From a bacterium (GTDB lineage Bacteria > UBA8248 > JACPRG01 > G963555815): a DNA stretch of 64,000 nt. Under the pieces are notes generated by a model. That model was not told the origin of the DNA. It made no database searches and saw only the letters and a list, made by a program, of their open reading frames with translations. Below, one piece after another: positions 1 to 9,634 of the stretch. The stretch covers positions 512,001 through 576,000 of the forward strand of contig CAUVWX020000001.1 of NCBI GenBank assembly GCA_963555815.3. The letters run 5' to 3'. Made by a program: the position numbers and the translations under genes. Every line of letters begins with the position of its first letter. The first letter of the stretch is position 1.

Positions 1-931
1 TGGTGTTGGCGAGGCCCAGGGACAGCAGGTGCTGGACCAGTTCGGCCGCCGCAAGCTCCCGATCCAAAAATCCCCCCGGTCTCCAGCGGGTGAAGGCGAG
101 GACGCCGAGGAAATCCTCTGCCACCCGAAGAGGGAGACCGAGGAAAGAGGCCACGGGCCACGCCGGCTCTTCGGGATGGATGAGGTGACTCTTGCCCCGC
201 TCTCGGCTCAGGGTCTGCAGATGAAGGACCTCCCCGTGGGAGAGGACCCAGCCCACGAGGCTTCGGTCGACGTCGACCGGGCGTCCCTCCAGGGGGTCCT
301 CCGAGCGGCAGATACAGCGGGCCACTTCAAAGCGGTCCTCCCCGGGGGCCCGCAGGGCGATGAGGCAGGCATCATAGTCCAGGAGTTTCTTTGGCAGGTT
401 GCAAGCGGAGTCGAGGAAGGCCTCCTCATCGCAGGAATGGGTGAGGGCCCTCGCGTAGTCTCGCATATCGGAAAGGGAGATGGCCCCCCGGCCAATCTGC
501 CGGTAGACGTCAGAGTTCTCCAGCAGGTAGGAGATGAGCCGCGAAAAGCCAAGGAGGATCTTTTGAACCTTGGGGGTGAAGACATACTGACGCTTGCTGT
601 CTATGCAGAGGACGCCGGTCCCCTCTGGGGTGCGAATCGGGACGGCCATGAAAGATTTAATGTCCTCTGGCCCGCTGTAGAGGCCGAGGGCAGAGATGTC
701 GTGCTTAAACTCCACGGAATTCAAGGGTTCGCCGTGTTCGGCCACCCAGCCGACAAGCCCCTGCCCGCGCGCAATACGGGCATCGGTCGTCAGATGGTCG
801 CTGAGGGTGTGATAGATCCTGAGAGACAGCATCCCCTCCGCGGGGCTGGGGAGAAAAACCCCCGCCGTGAAGGCGTCTGTGACGTTGCTGACGAGCTCGA
901 TCAGGCTTTGGAAGTCTTGCTCAAACTTCAT
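1..931 (-). CDS. tandem GAF-domain protein, partial (runs off left edge)
   Basis: Manual translation from ATG at 931: MKFEQDFQSLIELVSNVTDAFTAGVFL...GQGLVGWVAEHGEPL...IKSFMAVPI...GVLCIDSKRQYVFTPK, then a second GAF-like SLVGWVL. No stop seen toward the edge, which explains its absence from the ORF track. Confidence 0.75.
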   Translation of the reverse strand, partial: MKFEQDFQSLIELVSNVTDAFTAGVFLPSPAEGMLSLRIYHTLSDHLTTDARIARGQGLVGWVAEHGEPLNSVEFKHDISALGLYSGPEDIKSFMAVPIRTPEGTGVLCIDSKRQYVFTPKVQKILLGFSRLISYLLENSDVYRQIGRGAISLSDMRDYARALTHSCDEEAFLDSACNLPKKLLDYDACLIALRAPGEDRFEVARCICRSEDPLEGRPVDVDRSLVGWVLSHGEVLHLQTLSRERGKSHLIHPEEPAWPVASFLGLPLRVAEDFLGVLAFTRWRPGGFLDRELAAAELVQHLLSLGLANT

Positions 932-1134
932 CTAAGAGGGACTTGCAGAAGGCATCAGCTGAGGCACCCAGGACGGTAGAAAACTAACACCATCCGTCTT
1001 CCATGACAAGGGATTTTAAGAGATGGGACTTTTTCAAGGCGCCAGTCGGTTCTCACTCTCGCCCCTCCTCGTCTATAATGACTGAAAAATGACTGAAAGC
1101 TTCCCCATGGATGACTTCCCACCGGAGGTGACGG

Positions 1135-1515
1135 ATGATTGTCGGCATAGGGACTGACCTCGTCGATGTGGCGAGGCTTCAATCGGCGGGCACGCGATAC
1201 GGGACGCGGTTCTTCCGCCGGGTGTTCACATCCGCCGAGATCGCCTATTGCGAATCCCGCCCGCGAAAATACACGCACTATGCCGCCCGCTTCGCTGCCA
1301 AAGAGGCCGCTTTTAAGGCCCTGGGCAAGGGCTGGCCTCATGGTGGCCTCTCGTGGACGGAGATCGAGGTCCTCCCCGCCGAGGGGGGCCGTCCAGACCT
1401 TCATCTGTACGGTGCCGCAGAGCGAAGAGCCCACTCGCTCGGCGTCAGAAAGGCCCACGTGAGCCTCTCCCACACTGACGAGATGGCCCTCGCCGAGGTC
1501 ATCCTGGAAGACTAA
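1135..1515 (+). CDS. acpS: holo-[acyl-carrier-protein] synthase
   Basis: MIVGIGTDLV, ARFAAKEA and HVSLSH motifs; GGAGGT RBS. Confidence 0.95.
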   Translation: MIVGIGTDLVDVARLQSAGTRYGTRFFRRVFTSAEIAYCESRPRKYTHYAARFAAKEAAFKALGKGWPHGGLSWTEIEVLPAEGGRPDLHLYGAAERRAHSLGVRKAHVSLSHTDEMALAEVILED

Positions 1516-1560
1516 AGCGTCTCCAGTAAAAGGGGAAAAGGCGCTGCGTTCCCGAAGGGG

Positions 1561-2730
1561 CTAGACCCGCATGGGCATGATAACGCAGAGGTATTCCTCT
1601 TGACTCGGTGCTTTCTTCTTCTTCCCCTTGCCGGAGGGGGGTTTCTCTTGGCCTTCGGTTCCATCGGGCCGGAAAAGGCCTGGACTCAGAGGGTCATTGA
1701 GCGCGACTTGAACTGACTCGGTTTCAATGGCGTTCAGAAAGTCCAGGACATATCTGGCGTTGAATCCGACGGTGACCTCCTCTCCCTCATAGTCCACCTC
1801 GAGGGTCTCGTGGGCCTCCCCGAGCTCCCGAGCGTCGGTGAGCAGGGAGAGGGTCTTCGGCTCCAGTTTGAACTTGACCATGCGGGACCTCTCGTCGGCC
1901 ATCTGAGACACCCGGCGAAGCCCTCCCCAGAGAGCGGCACGGGAGAGGGAGACCTTTCGCTCGTTCTGGCTGGGGATGACCTGGCGGTAATTGGGGAACT
2001 GGCCCTCGATGAGCCTTGAGACGATCAGTAAGGAACCCAAGGCGAATAGAACGTGATTTTCCTGAACCTGTACGCGGACGGAGTCTTTCACCTCAGAGAG
2101 GAGTTTTAGCAGTTCGGCGACGGCCTTGCGGTGGACGATGAATCCAACCGGCTCTTGAATGGACTCACAGGCCCGGGAGATGAAGGCCAGCCGGTGCCCA
2201 TCGGTTGCCACCAGGCTCAGGCGCTTCTTTTCTCCCTCCAAGAAGACCCCGTTGAGGGCGTGACGGGTCTCGTCCGTCGAGATGGCGAACATGGTTTTCC
2301 GGAGCATCTCCGCCAGATCCTGGGCCTTCAGGTCAAATGTGGACCCTTCCTGCAGGGAGGGGACCGCGGGGAAATCCTCTGCTGGAAGCCCCGGGAACCG
2401 GAAGACGCTTTTTGCGCACGTGAGGCGCAGCCATTGATTCTCTTCCAACTTGAGGGAGACCTCGGCGGAGGGGAGTTCTTTGACGATGTCAAAGACCTTT
2501 CGGGCAGGGAGGGTGATCTGGCCCGGGGAAAGGATCTCGGCCTCGTAGGTCCCCTGGAAGCTAATATCCAGGTCGGTGGCGGAGACGACCACCTTGCCCT
2601 CCTTCTTTTTTTGAGGCACCTGGAGGAGGAAGTTTTGAAGGATGGGCATGGCGCTGGTGCGGGTCTCGACGATCCCCTGCACTCGGGCGAGCGCTTTCTG
2701 AAGCTGCTCTTTGGAGATCTTGAGGTCCAT
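1561..2730 (-). CDS. dnaN: DNA polymerase III beta clamp
   Basis: SATDLD, ATDGHRL, SRLIEGQFPNY, GFNARY motifs and C-terminal IMPMRV. Confidence 0.96.
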   Translation of the reverse strand: MDLKISKEQLQKALARVQGIVETRTSAMPILQNFLLQVPQKKKEGKVVVSATDLDISFQGTYEAEILSPGQITLPARKVFDIVKELPSAEVSLKLEENQWLRLTCAKSVFRFPGLPAEDFPAVPSLQEGSTFDLKAQDLAEMLRKTMFAISTDETRHALNGVFLEGEKKRLSLVATDGHRLAFISRACESIQEPVGFIVHRKAVAELLKLLSEVKDSVRVQVQENHVLFALGSLLIVSRLIEGQFPNYRQVIPSQNERKVSLSRAALWGGLRRVSQMADERSRMVKFKLEPKTLSLLTDARELGEAHETLEVDYEGEEVTVGFNARYVLDFLNAIETESVQVALNDPLSPGLFRPDGTEGQEKPPSGKGKKKKAPSQEEYLCVIMPMRV

Positions 2731-2816
2731 GATTCCCCTGGAGGCTGTCGCTCTTGGAACCTACGCGATAACCGCGCTCGGTTTAGATCCCCTTTGAGGG
2801 AAGCGGTGGGTTGCCT

Positions 2817-5177
2817 TTAGGGCTCGATAGCGGTCTCCGCCTGAAGCGGTTCAGCCGCCCGGGATCCGACAATGGGAATGATCACCCGTTCCCCCGTGCT
2901 CAACCGGGAAAGGATTTTGTCAAAATTATATCTGGCCACGAGCCAGAAGGGAACCCCATAGCGTTGACGGGCGAGGTCCCAGATATTCTCCCCGGTCTGG
3001 AGGGCGTGGAGCTGGGTCCCCTCGACCTGGTAGACCTCAAAGAAGTCCTCTTCTAGCCCCCTGTGATACTCAAGCCGTCTTGCCTCGAACACCTCCACGC
3101 CCACTTTTTCAAAGGTGAGTGAGATCCGCTGTCCGACCTGAATGGCCCTCCCGCGCCTGAGCCTGTTCAGGCGTCGGAGGGCCTGGGTCTTCACCTCAAG
3201 CCAATCGGCAAAATGGCCCAGGGTCTCCGCCGGCTCAACGATGATCCAGCCCCGCTCCCTGGAGGTTTCTGGAAATCCAACCTCGGAGATGGCGAGAGGA
3301 GAGGGAGGCGGGGCCTCCTCCTCGGCCGGGGGCACCTTCGGGCTCCCGTCTGACGGGACGGTTTCCTTTTCCAAGGCCTCGTCAGGGATCTTCTCAGGGA
3401 TGTCCTCTTGGACAGTCACAATCTCCTCTTTCTCAGGTTTCTCAGAAGGTTTTAAAGGGCTCGGTTTCGGCTCATCCTGTTCAAGACGGGCCAGCATCGT
3501 TCTCTCCACCCCGGGGATGGCGAGGACCACCCCTTTGCGGACGTGGTTCGGGTTCCGAAGGCCGTTGGCGGCCATAAGGGCCTTGACGGAGGTCCCAAAG
3601 AGGCGGGCGATCTCGGTCAGCGTATCCCCCCTTCGCACTTGATACGACTGAGGACGCTCCCGCTTGATGGACGCCTGCGTCGAGGGAATGGTCAGAACCG
3701 TCCCTTTACGAACGTGGTTCGGGTTCCGAAGGTTGTTGGCGGCCATGAGGGCGTTGACGGAGGTCCCAAAGAGGCGGGCGATCTTGCTAAGCGTATCTCC
3801 CCTTTGGACTCTATACGACCCGGGGCGGCCTTGTTCTTTGGACCCCTGCCCTGAGGGGATGGCGAGGACCGCCCCTTTCCGGATGCGGTCCGGGTCTCGG
3901 ATATCGTTGACCGCCACAAGGGCGTTGAGGGAAGTCCCGAAGAGGCGGGCGATCTTGATGAGCGTATCTCCCCGCCGGACTCGATACCACTGGTCTCGCT
4001 GTTGGCTTCTCGACTTTTCCTCGGAAGGAATGGCGGCATAGGCCCTGGCGATCTCTTCTCCACTCCCCGGAGGCACCCGAAGGGGATAGCCTCTCGGGAG
4101 ATACCGCCTTCCATCCAGGATAGGACGGCGAAGGGCCGGGTTCAGCGCTCGGATCTCCTCCTGCCCCAGGCCAAGGTGCCGGGTGATGGTCTCCATTCCA
4201 ATGTAGTCAGGAATTTCGAAAACATCGAATTTCAAGGGAGACGCAAAGGGAACCCCGCCGAAATATTTTTCTGGGTGATTGTCGACCTCTCTTGCCGCCA
4301 GAAATTCGGCGTAAAAATTCTTCGAGGCGAAGCCGAAGACCCGCCCCCTGTAGCGTCGGATAATGGTGGAAAGGTCTTTGGTCCCCACCGTGCGGACGGC
4401 TTTTTTCATCCCTCCGAGGCCATGGTTATAGGCTGTTACGGCGAGGGGCCAGCTCCCCAGTTCCGCAAAGTTCACTTTCAGGAGTTTTGCCGCCGCTTCA
4501 GTGGCGAGAATGGGGTCCCGGCGCTCATCGATGGCGTAATTGATGGTGAGGAACCTTCGGCCCGTGTCCCGCGTGAACTGCCAGATCCCCGCAGCCCCGT
4601 ATCTGGAAAGGGCGTGGATCTGAAAGGAGGACTCCACATGGGCGATGGCGATGAGATCCTCCGGCAGGCCGTGCTGGCGAAAGATCTCCTTCATGCGGTC
4701 CAGATAAAGCCCGGACCGGACAAGGCCCTCGCGGAACCTCTCTTTAAGTCCCAGTTGCCCGCGAATGTTCTTTCGGGCCTCCTGCAGGCTGTAGCCGCGC
4801 TCCGGGCGCGTCAGCTCGAGATAAATCCGCCTCTGGGGGCTCGACAGCTGCGAGGGGTCGGGCGAGTGTTTCCTCCAGGAGTCAAGGAGCTCACGGTAGC
4901 GCCTCTTGGCTCGACGAGTCGCGGCCTCCCGCCGTTTGGGGCTGACCTTGCCTGAAGGGCCGCGCCCATCAAGCTGGATGACTTCATAGACCAGGTCCAG
5001 GTGATCGGTATCGTGGATGACAACCTGATTCCTGCCGTACTTGGTGAAGATGTCGATCCAAAATTTTTGAGCCGTCTCCAGACCCTTGGGAGTGAGAAAG
5101 GCATCCTGCGCCCCGCCGAGGCCAGGGAAAAGGAGACTGAGGGAGATGAAGAAGAGAAAGAGGCGAATCCACATCAA
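2817..5177 (-). CDS. lytic transglycosylase (MltD-like) with multiple LysM domains
   Basis: Signal peptide; SLT motifs VESSF, AAGIWQF, AYNHG; repeated YRVRRGDTL..IA LysM units. Confidence 0.9.
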   Translation of the reverse strand: MMWIRLFLFFISLSLLFPGLGGAQDAFLTPKGLETAQKFWIDIFTKYGRNQVVIHDTDHLDLVYEVIQLDGRGPSGKVSPKRREAATRRAKRRYRELLDSWRKHSPDPSQLSSPQRRIYLELTRPERGYSLQEARKNIRGQLGLKERFREGLVRSGLYLDRMKEIFRQHGLPEDLIAIAHVESSFQIHALSRYGAAGIWQFTRDTGRRFLTINYAIDERRDPILATEAAAKLLKVNFAELGSWPLAVTAYNHGLGGMKKAVRTVGTKDLSTIIRRYRGRVFGFASKNFYAEFLAAREVDNHPEKYFGGVPFASPLKFDVFEIPDYIGMETITRHLGLGQEEIRALNPALRRPILDGRRYLPRGYPLRVPPGSGEEIARAYAAIPSEEKSRSQQRDQWYRVRRGDTLIKIARLFGTSLNALVAVNDIRDPDRIRKGAVLAIPSGQGSKEQGRPGSYRVQRGDTLSKIARLFGTSVNALMAANNLRNPNHVRKGTVLTIPSTQASIKRERPQSYQVRRGDTLTEIARLFGTSVKALMAANGLRNPNHVRKGVVLAIPGVERTMLARLEQDEPKPSPLKPSEKPEKEEIVTVQEDIPEKIPDEALEKETVPSDGSPKVPPAEEEAPPPSPLAISEVGFPETSRERGWIIVEPAETLGHFADWLEVKTQALRRLNRLRRGRAIQVGQRISLTFEKVGVEVFEARRLEYHRGLEEDFFEVYQVEGTQLHALQTGENIWDLARQRYGVPFWLVARYNFDKILSRLSTGERVIIPIVGSRAAEPLQAETAIEP
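3510..3995 (-). repeat. three tandem LysM-coding repeats (about 170 bp period)
   Basis: Near-identical DNA blocks, e.g. acgtggttcgggttccgaagg at 3541 and 3712, and gaggcgggcgatct three times. Confidence 0.85.
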
Positions 5178-5393
5178 AACAGGGTTCCTCCGAGGGAAAT
5201 TTCATCAAGCGGCAGGGGCCGGACAAGATTTCCAACCGGCGGTCAAGAATTAACAGAAACGAGCCGAGGCGTCAAGGGGAAGGAGAGGGGTTTGACTGGT
5301 AGAGGAATTCTTTGCGATGACTTAAAGGGAACCTGTGGGCAGGAAAGCTTGTAATATCCAGCGTGCAATCGAACTCGCTGCGTATCTCTTTTT

Positions 5394-5711
5394 CTAATCC
5401 CAAAAATACGGGCGGTCTTCAGGACGGACCTCGGGACGTTCTTTGAGACGCTTCTTGAACTCCTCTTTGGCCTCCTCTTTTTTCTTCTTCTGGGCCGTGG
5501 CGAGCCCCTGAATGCCCGGGGCTTTCGGCTTATTGCGGTACTCCGCGAAGGGGTCTGCGATGTGACGCTCGACCGTCACCTGCTTTCCCCGGACTTTGAT
5601 CTTGACCTCTTTCCCAGGGGCGACGCCAAGGGCCCCAAGGGCCTTTTGGGAAAGCTCTATGCGGCCCTCCTTATCCACCGACGCGATCTCGACGTGCTCT
5701 TTCGGCTCCAT
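5394..5711 (-). CDS. AbrB/MazE/SpoVT-like DNA-binding protein with charged C-terminal tail
   Basis: VDKEGRIEL...LGVAPGKEVKI..RGKQVTVER swapped-hairpin pattern; ATG at 5711. Confidence 0.65.
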   Translation of the reverse strand: MEPKEHVEIASVDKEGRIELSQKALGALGVAPGKEVKIKVRGKQVTVERHIADPFAEYRNKPKAPGIQGLATAQKKKKEEAKEEFKKRLKERPEVRPEDRPYFWD

Positions 5712-5875
5712 AAAACAAGAATATAGACACGGGCTGACTGTCTGTCCAGGGCGCATCCAGGCGATCACGGCCCAGGACCAAAATTCTCCGAAACCATATG
5801 ATATTATGAGAACTATCTGAGCCACACAGATCCCTGGCGGCTCTGAGTGTGGCCCTTCTAGAGAAGAAGGAAGAG

Positions 5876-7930
5876 ATGAACGGGGGAACCGACAAACCTG
5901 AAGTGGTCCCCCCAAAAACTTCTGCGCTTCGGACGCTCACCAAGGAGCAGCTGACAAAAATCCTTGAGGCGCATCAGAAGTGGGTGGAATCGGGGGAGAA
6001 AGAGGGGGAAAAAGCCGATCTCTCGAACACTGACCTCCGACGACGCAACCTCTCCGACACCGATCTCCGACTGGCCAATCTGAGTGGCGTTAACCTTCAA
6101 GAGGCCAATCTGCTTAAGGTCAACCTCGAAGGGGCGAGCTTGTCCAAAGCCAACCTCAAGGAGGCCAACCTGGTGAAGGCCAACCTTAAGGGAGCGAATC
6201 TGGATGAGGTCAACCTCAAGGAGGCCAACCTGACCGGGGCCAACCTCGAAGGGGCCAGTCTGAGGAGGGCCAAGCTCCAGAGGGCCAGCCTGAACGAGGC
6301 CGAGCTCCAGGGGGCCTTCCTCCACGAGACCAATCTCGATCATGCCGACCTCCACGGGGCCAGCCTGACTGATACAGACTTCCGGGGGTCAAACCTGAAG
6401 GGGGCCAGCCTCCAGGGGGTCGTAAACTTCTCAGGGGTGAAATTGGGCGGGGCCAACCTGGACGCAGTGACGCTCCCTGGTGACCTTCACAGGTTTGAGC
6501 CTCTGAGAATTGTTGATGAGGCATCCAAAAGCGCGCGAAAAATCTTCCTCACGATGCTGCTGGCATGCCTCTATGCCCTGCTGACTATTGCCACGACGAC
6601 AGACACCCGGCTCCTGACCAACTCTGCCTCCTCGCCCCTTCCCATCCTCGGGACCGCGATCCCCATCGTCTGGTTCTACTTAGCAGTGCCCCTCCTCCTT
6701 CTTGGCCACTACATTTATTTCCATGTCCACCTATTGCGCCTGTGGGAAGGTCTGGCGGATCTTCCCGCTGTCTTCCCCGACGGGAGGCCGCTAGATAAGC
6801 GGGTCTACCCCTGGCTCCTGAATTGTCTTGTGCGGGCCCATTTCCCGCTGCTGAGGAAAAACCGCCCGCCACTTTCTCGCCTGCAGGTGCATATCTCCTT
6901 CGTCCTTGGCTGGTGGGTCGTCCCGGCAACGCTCCTTCTCTTCTGGACGAGATATCTCCCCCGCCACGAATGGGCCGGGACCTGGTTTCATTTGGCCCTT
7001 CTGGCGATTTCAGCCTTTTGCGCTCTTTGGTTCCTCCAGCTCGCAAGGAGAACGCTTCGCGGCGAGGAGTTAATCCCTGTTCGTCTCAAGGGAAGATGGA
7101 GGGCCTGGGGACCATACACATCGGCCTTGAGGAGGATTTACGCGCCCTCTGCGATAGCCCTTGGCATCGGCGCCATCTTTTCTTTGTTCGCCCTCGGAGC
7201 GATTGATGGCGTTCCCCCTGCCTACTTCGCCCCTCCTGCTCGCTTCATACGGCAGGCCACTGCGCCTATCGCCCCCGACCTGAAACCGATCAACATCCGG
7301 AGATGGGTGCCAGGCGCCTTCGCGCTCATTGGCCTCAGCCCCTTCGCGGACTTCAGCGAGGTAGAGGTTTCAACCAAGCCCCCAAACTGGACGGGGCAGA
7401 ACGAAGATGAGATTGCCCTGGTGAAAGGGGCCCGTCTCAGGGGAAGAGACCTGCGATACGCCGCAGGGTTTCGTTCCTTCTTAGTCAATGCCGACTTGCA
7501 GAAGGCAAAATTTCAAGGGGCCCTCCTCCACGAGGCCGACCTCCAGAGGAGCGACCTCCAGGGGGCTGACCTGCAGGAAGTCGTCCTGTTTTCGGCGAAC
7601 CTCCAGGGGGCCAACCTGCTCCAGGCCAATCTCCAGGGGGCCAACTTGCTCCAGGCCAACCTCCAAGGGGCCGTGCTTACCCAGGCCAACCTCCAAGGGG
7701 CCGATCTGCGCGGGGCCAACCTTGAGGGGGTCGATCTTCTCCTGGCCAACCTCAAGGGGGCTGACCTGACGTTTGCCGTGGGGCTCACGCCTTCTCAGCT
7801 CAGGCCCGCGGTATCTTGGGAGCTCGCCTTCTACAGCGCCAAACTCCTCAAGGAACTCGGGCTCCCGCCCGACCACAATGAGAGGCTCCCAGAGAAACTG
7901 GTCGAACTGATAGAGAAGGGCCAAAGATAA
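5876..7930 (+). CDS. pentapeptide-repeat membrane protein
   Basis: A(N/D)LxG repeats at both ends flanking several hydrophobic helices; ATG at 5876 after AAGGAAG. Confidence 0.88.
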   Translation: MNGGTDKPEVVPPKTSALRTLTKEQLTKILEAHQKWVESGEKEGEKADLSNTDLRRRNLSDTDLRLANLSGVNLQEANLLKVNLEGASLSKANLKEANLVKANLKGANLDEVNLKEANLTGANLEGASLRRAKLQRASLNEAELQGAFLHETNLDHADLHGASLTDTDFRGSNLKGASLQGVVNFSGVKLGGANLDAVTLPGDLHRFEPLRIVDEASKSARKIFLTMLLACLYALLTIATTTDTRLLTNSASSPLPILGTAIPIVWFYLAVPLLLLGHYIYFHVHLLRLWEGLADLPAVFPDGRPLDKRVYPWLLNCLVRAHFPLLRKNRPPLSRLQVHISFVLGWWVVPATLLLFWTRYLPRHEWAGTWFHLALLAISAFCALWFLQLARRTLRGEELIPVRLKGRWRAWGPYTSALRRIYAPSAIALGIGAIFSLFALGAIDGVPPAYFAPPARFIRQATAPIAPDLKPINIRRWVPGAFALIGLSPFADFSEVEVSTKPPNWTGQNEDEIALVKGARLRGRDLRYAAGFRSFLVNADLQKAKFQGALLHEADLQRSDLQGADLQEVVLFSANLQGANLLQANLQGANLLQANLQGAVLTQANLQGADLRGANLEGVDLLLANLKGADLTFAVGLTPSQLRPAVSWELAFYSAKLLKELGLPPDHNERLPEKLVELIEKGQR

Positions 7931-8112
7931 GCCGGTTTGAACTGCGGTGAACTGGCCAAGGGTCTTCTGCCCACCCATATAATCGTCAATCATTCCTTTT
8001 TTCTCTAACAGGCTCTAGCCCTCGGGAGACACCGATATGTCTTGCCATTCGAGGGCCTAGACCCTTAGAATCAAGAGGTTTCAATCAAAAGGCATTCACT
8101 TTCTCTCTGGAG

Positions 8113-9297
8113 ATGGGCATGAAATCTTTAATTTCAGAGCGGGCTCGCGGTCTCCGCCTCTCCAAGATCCGCGAGATCTTCGAGATCGTCGCGAAGATGG
8201 AGGATGTCGTCCGGCTGGAGATCGGAGAGCCGGACTTCGACACCCCCGCCAATATCATTCAAGCGGCCAAGGACGCCCTGGACGATGGATATACCCACTA
8301 CACCTCCTCTGCCGGGATCTTGGAGCTCCGGGAGGCCATCGCCCGAAAGCTCGCCCGCGAAAATAGGATAACGGTGGACGCGGCCACCCAAGTGGCCGTC
8401 ACGACAGGAGCGACGTCCGCCCTCTTTCTCACCATTCAGGCCACGGTCAACCCGGGAGAAGAAGTCCTTCTTCCCGACCCGGGCTGGCCCCCTTACGCGT
8501 CCATCGTCCAGCTGACGGGGGCCACCCCCGTCTTGTATCCCCTCCTGGAGAAGGAGGGCTTTCGGGCCAGGGCCCACCTGATTGAACCCCTCATCACCCC
8601 CAGGACGAAGGTCCTCCTGGTGAATTCGCCGAGCAACCCGACCGGCGCCGTCCTGGACCGGGAGGGCATGGAGGCCATCTGTGAGCTGGCGAAGAAACGG
8701 GACCTCCTCGTCATCTCTGATGAGGTCTATGAGCGGATTGTCTTCGACCCTCACGTCCATCACTCCCTTGCCACCCTTCCTGGGATGACCGAGCGGGCCA
8801 TCACGGTGAACTCGGTCTCGAAGACCTACGCGATGACCGGCTGGCGGATAGGATTTGCCGCAGGTCCAGCCGAAGTCATCGCCCCCATACCGAAGCTCCA
8901 GCTCTATGCGAACTGCCACCCCACCGCGGCCGCCCAAAAGGCCTGCGTTGCCGCCTACGACGGGTCAGAATCCACCGTCCAGGAGATGGTGAAAAGCTAC
9001 CAGCTTCGGCGAGACTACATGGCGAAGAATCTGAATGAGCTCCCCGGCATCAAATGCCCCACCCCCGGGGGCGCCTTCTATCTCTTCCCCAACATCGAAG
9101 GGACGGGGATGGACTCGATGACCTTCGCCAAACACCTTCTGGAGAAGGGGAAGGTGGCCTCAGTCCCCGGAGACGGTTTTGGGCCCCACGGGCAGGGGTA
9201 TATTCGCCTCTGCTACGCCCAGTCCATGGAAGATCTCGAAAAGGGGGTTGAGCGGATGGGGAAGGTGACGGCGGCCCTGGCGAAGGCGGGAAGCTAA
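8113..9297 (+). CDS. PLP-dependent aminotransferase class I/II (aspartate aminotransferase-like)
   Basis: GEPDF, NSPSNPTG, SDEVY and SVSKTYAMTGWRIG motifs. Confidence 0.93.
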   Translation: MGMKSLISERARGLRLSKIREIFEIVAKMEDVVRLEIGEPDFDTPANIIQAAKDALDDGYTHYTSSAGILELREAIARKLARENRITVDAATQVAVTTGATSALFLTIQATVNPGEEVLLPDPGWPPYASIVQLTGATPVLYPLLEKEGFRARAHLIEPLITPRTKVLLVNSPSNPTGAVLDREGMEAICELAKKRDLLVISDEVYERIVFDPHVHHSLATLPGMTERAITVNSVSKTYAMTGWRIGFAAGPAEVIAPIPKLQLYANCHPTAAAQKACVAAYDGSESTVQEMVKSYQLRRDYMAKNLNELPGIKCPTPGGAFYLFPNIEGTGMDSMTFAKHLLEKGKVASVPGDGFGPHGQGYIRLCYAQSMEDLEKGVERMGKVTAALAKAGS

Positions 9298-9392
9298 GAT
9301 CGGGTTTTTGACACCCTCGCTAAACTTCTAGAAGCCCCGAAGGCCACTCTAGGCTTGAACAGGTCAGGGTCTACGGGATGGGGAAATCGGGT

Positions 9393-9494
9393 TCATCCCC
9401 GGCGAAATACCCAAAGGATGCCGAGAAGGACAATGAAGGCCATCCCCACCAGGATGATAATCCCGCCTACGACGAAGAGAAAATCCAAGTCCAT
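9393..9494 (-). CDS. small single-pass membrane peptide (33 aa)
   Basis: MDLDFLFVVGGIIILVGMAFIVLLGILWVFRRG*: one hydrophobic helix with a basic C-terminus. Confidence 0.55.
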   Translation of the reverse strand: MDLDFLFVVGGIIILVGMAFIVLLGILWVFRRG

Positions 9495-9634
9495 GATTGA
9501 CTCGCCCTACCGCGCGAAAACGAAGAGAATCTCCGTCTCTTCTCTAAACGAAACCCAATATAGCCAGCTTGCTTCAGACGGGCAAGCGGCGGCGTGGATT
9601 CCCAGGCGACCCCTGAGATTTCTTCAGAACTTTC

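Noticed and set aside
29..979. 316-aa plus-strand ORF and many similar long shadow ORFs (e.g. 13456-14658, 16918-17943, 31414-32466)
   Set aside because: They are antisense or frame shadows of real genes in GC-rich DNA and show no recognisable motifs.
5394..5711. Toxin-antitoxin pair around the AbrB-like gene
   Set aside because: No adjacent PIN or MazF toxin ORF.
3510..7790. CRISPR array suggested by repeated DNA
   Set aside because: The repeats are in-frame coding units (LysM, pentapeptide) with no unique spacers and no cas genes.
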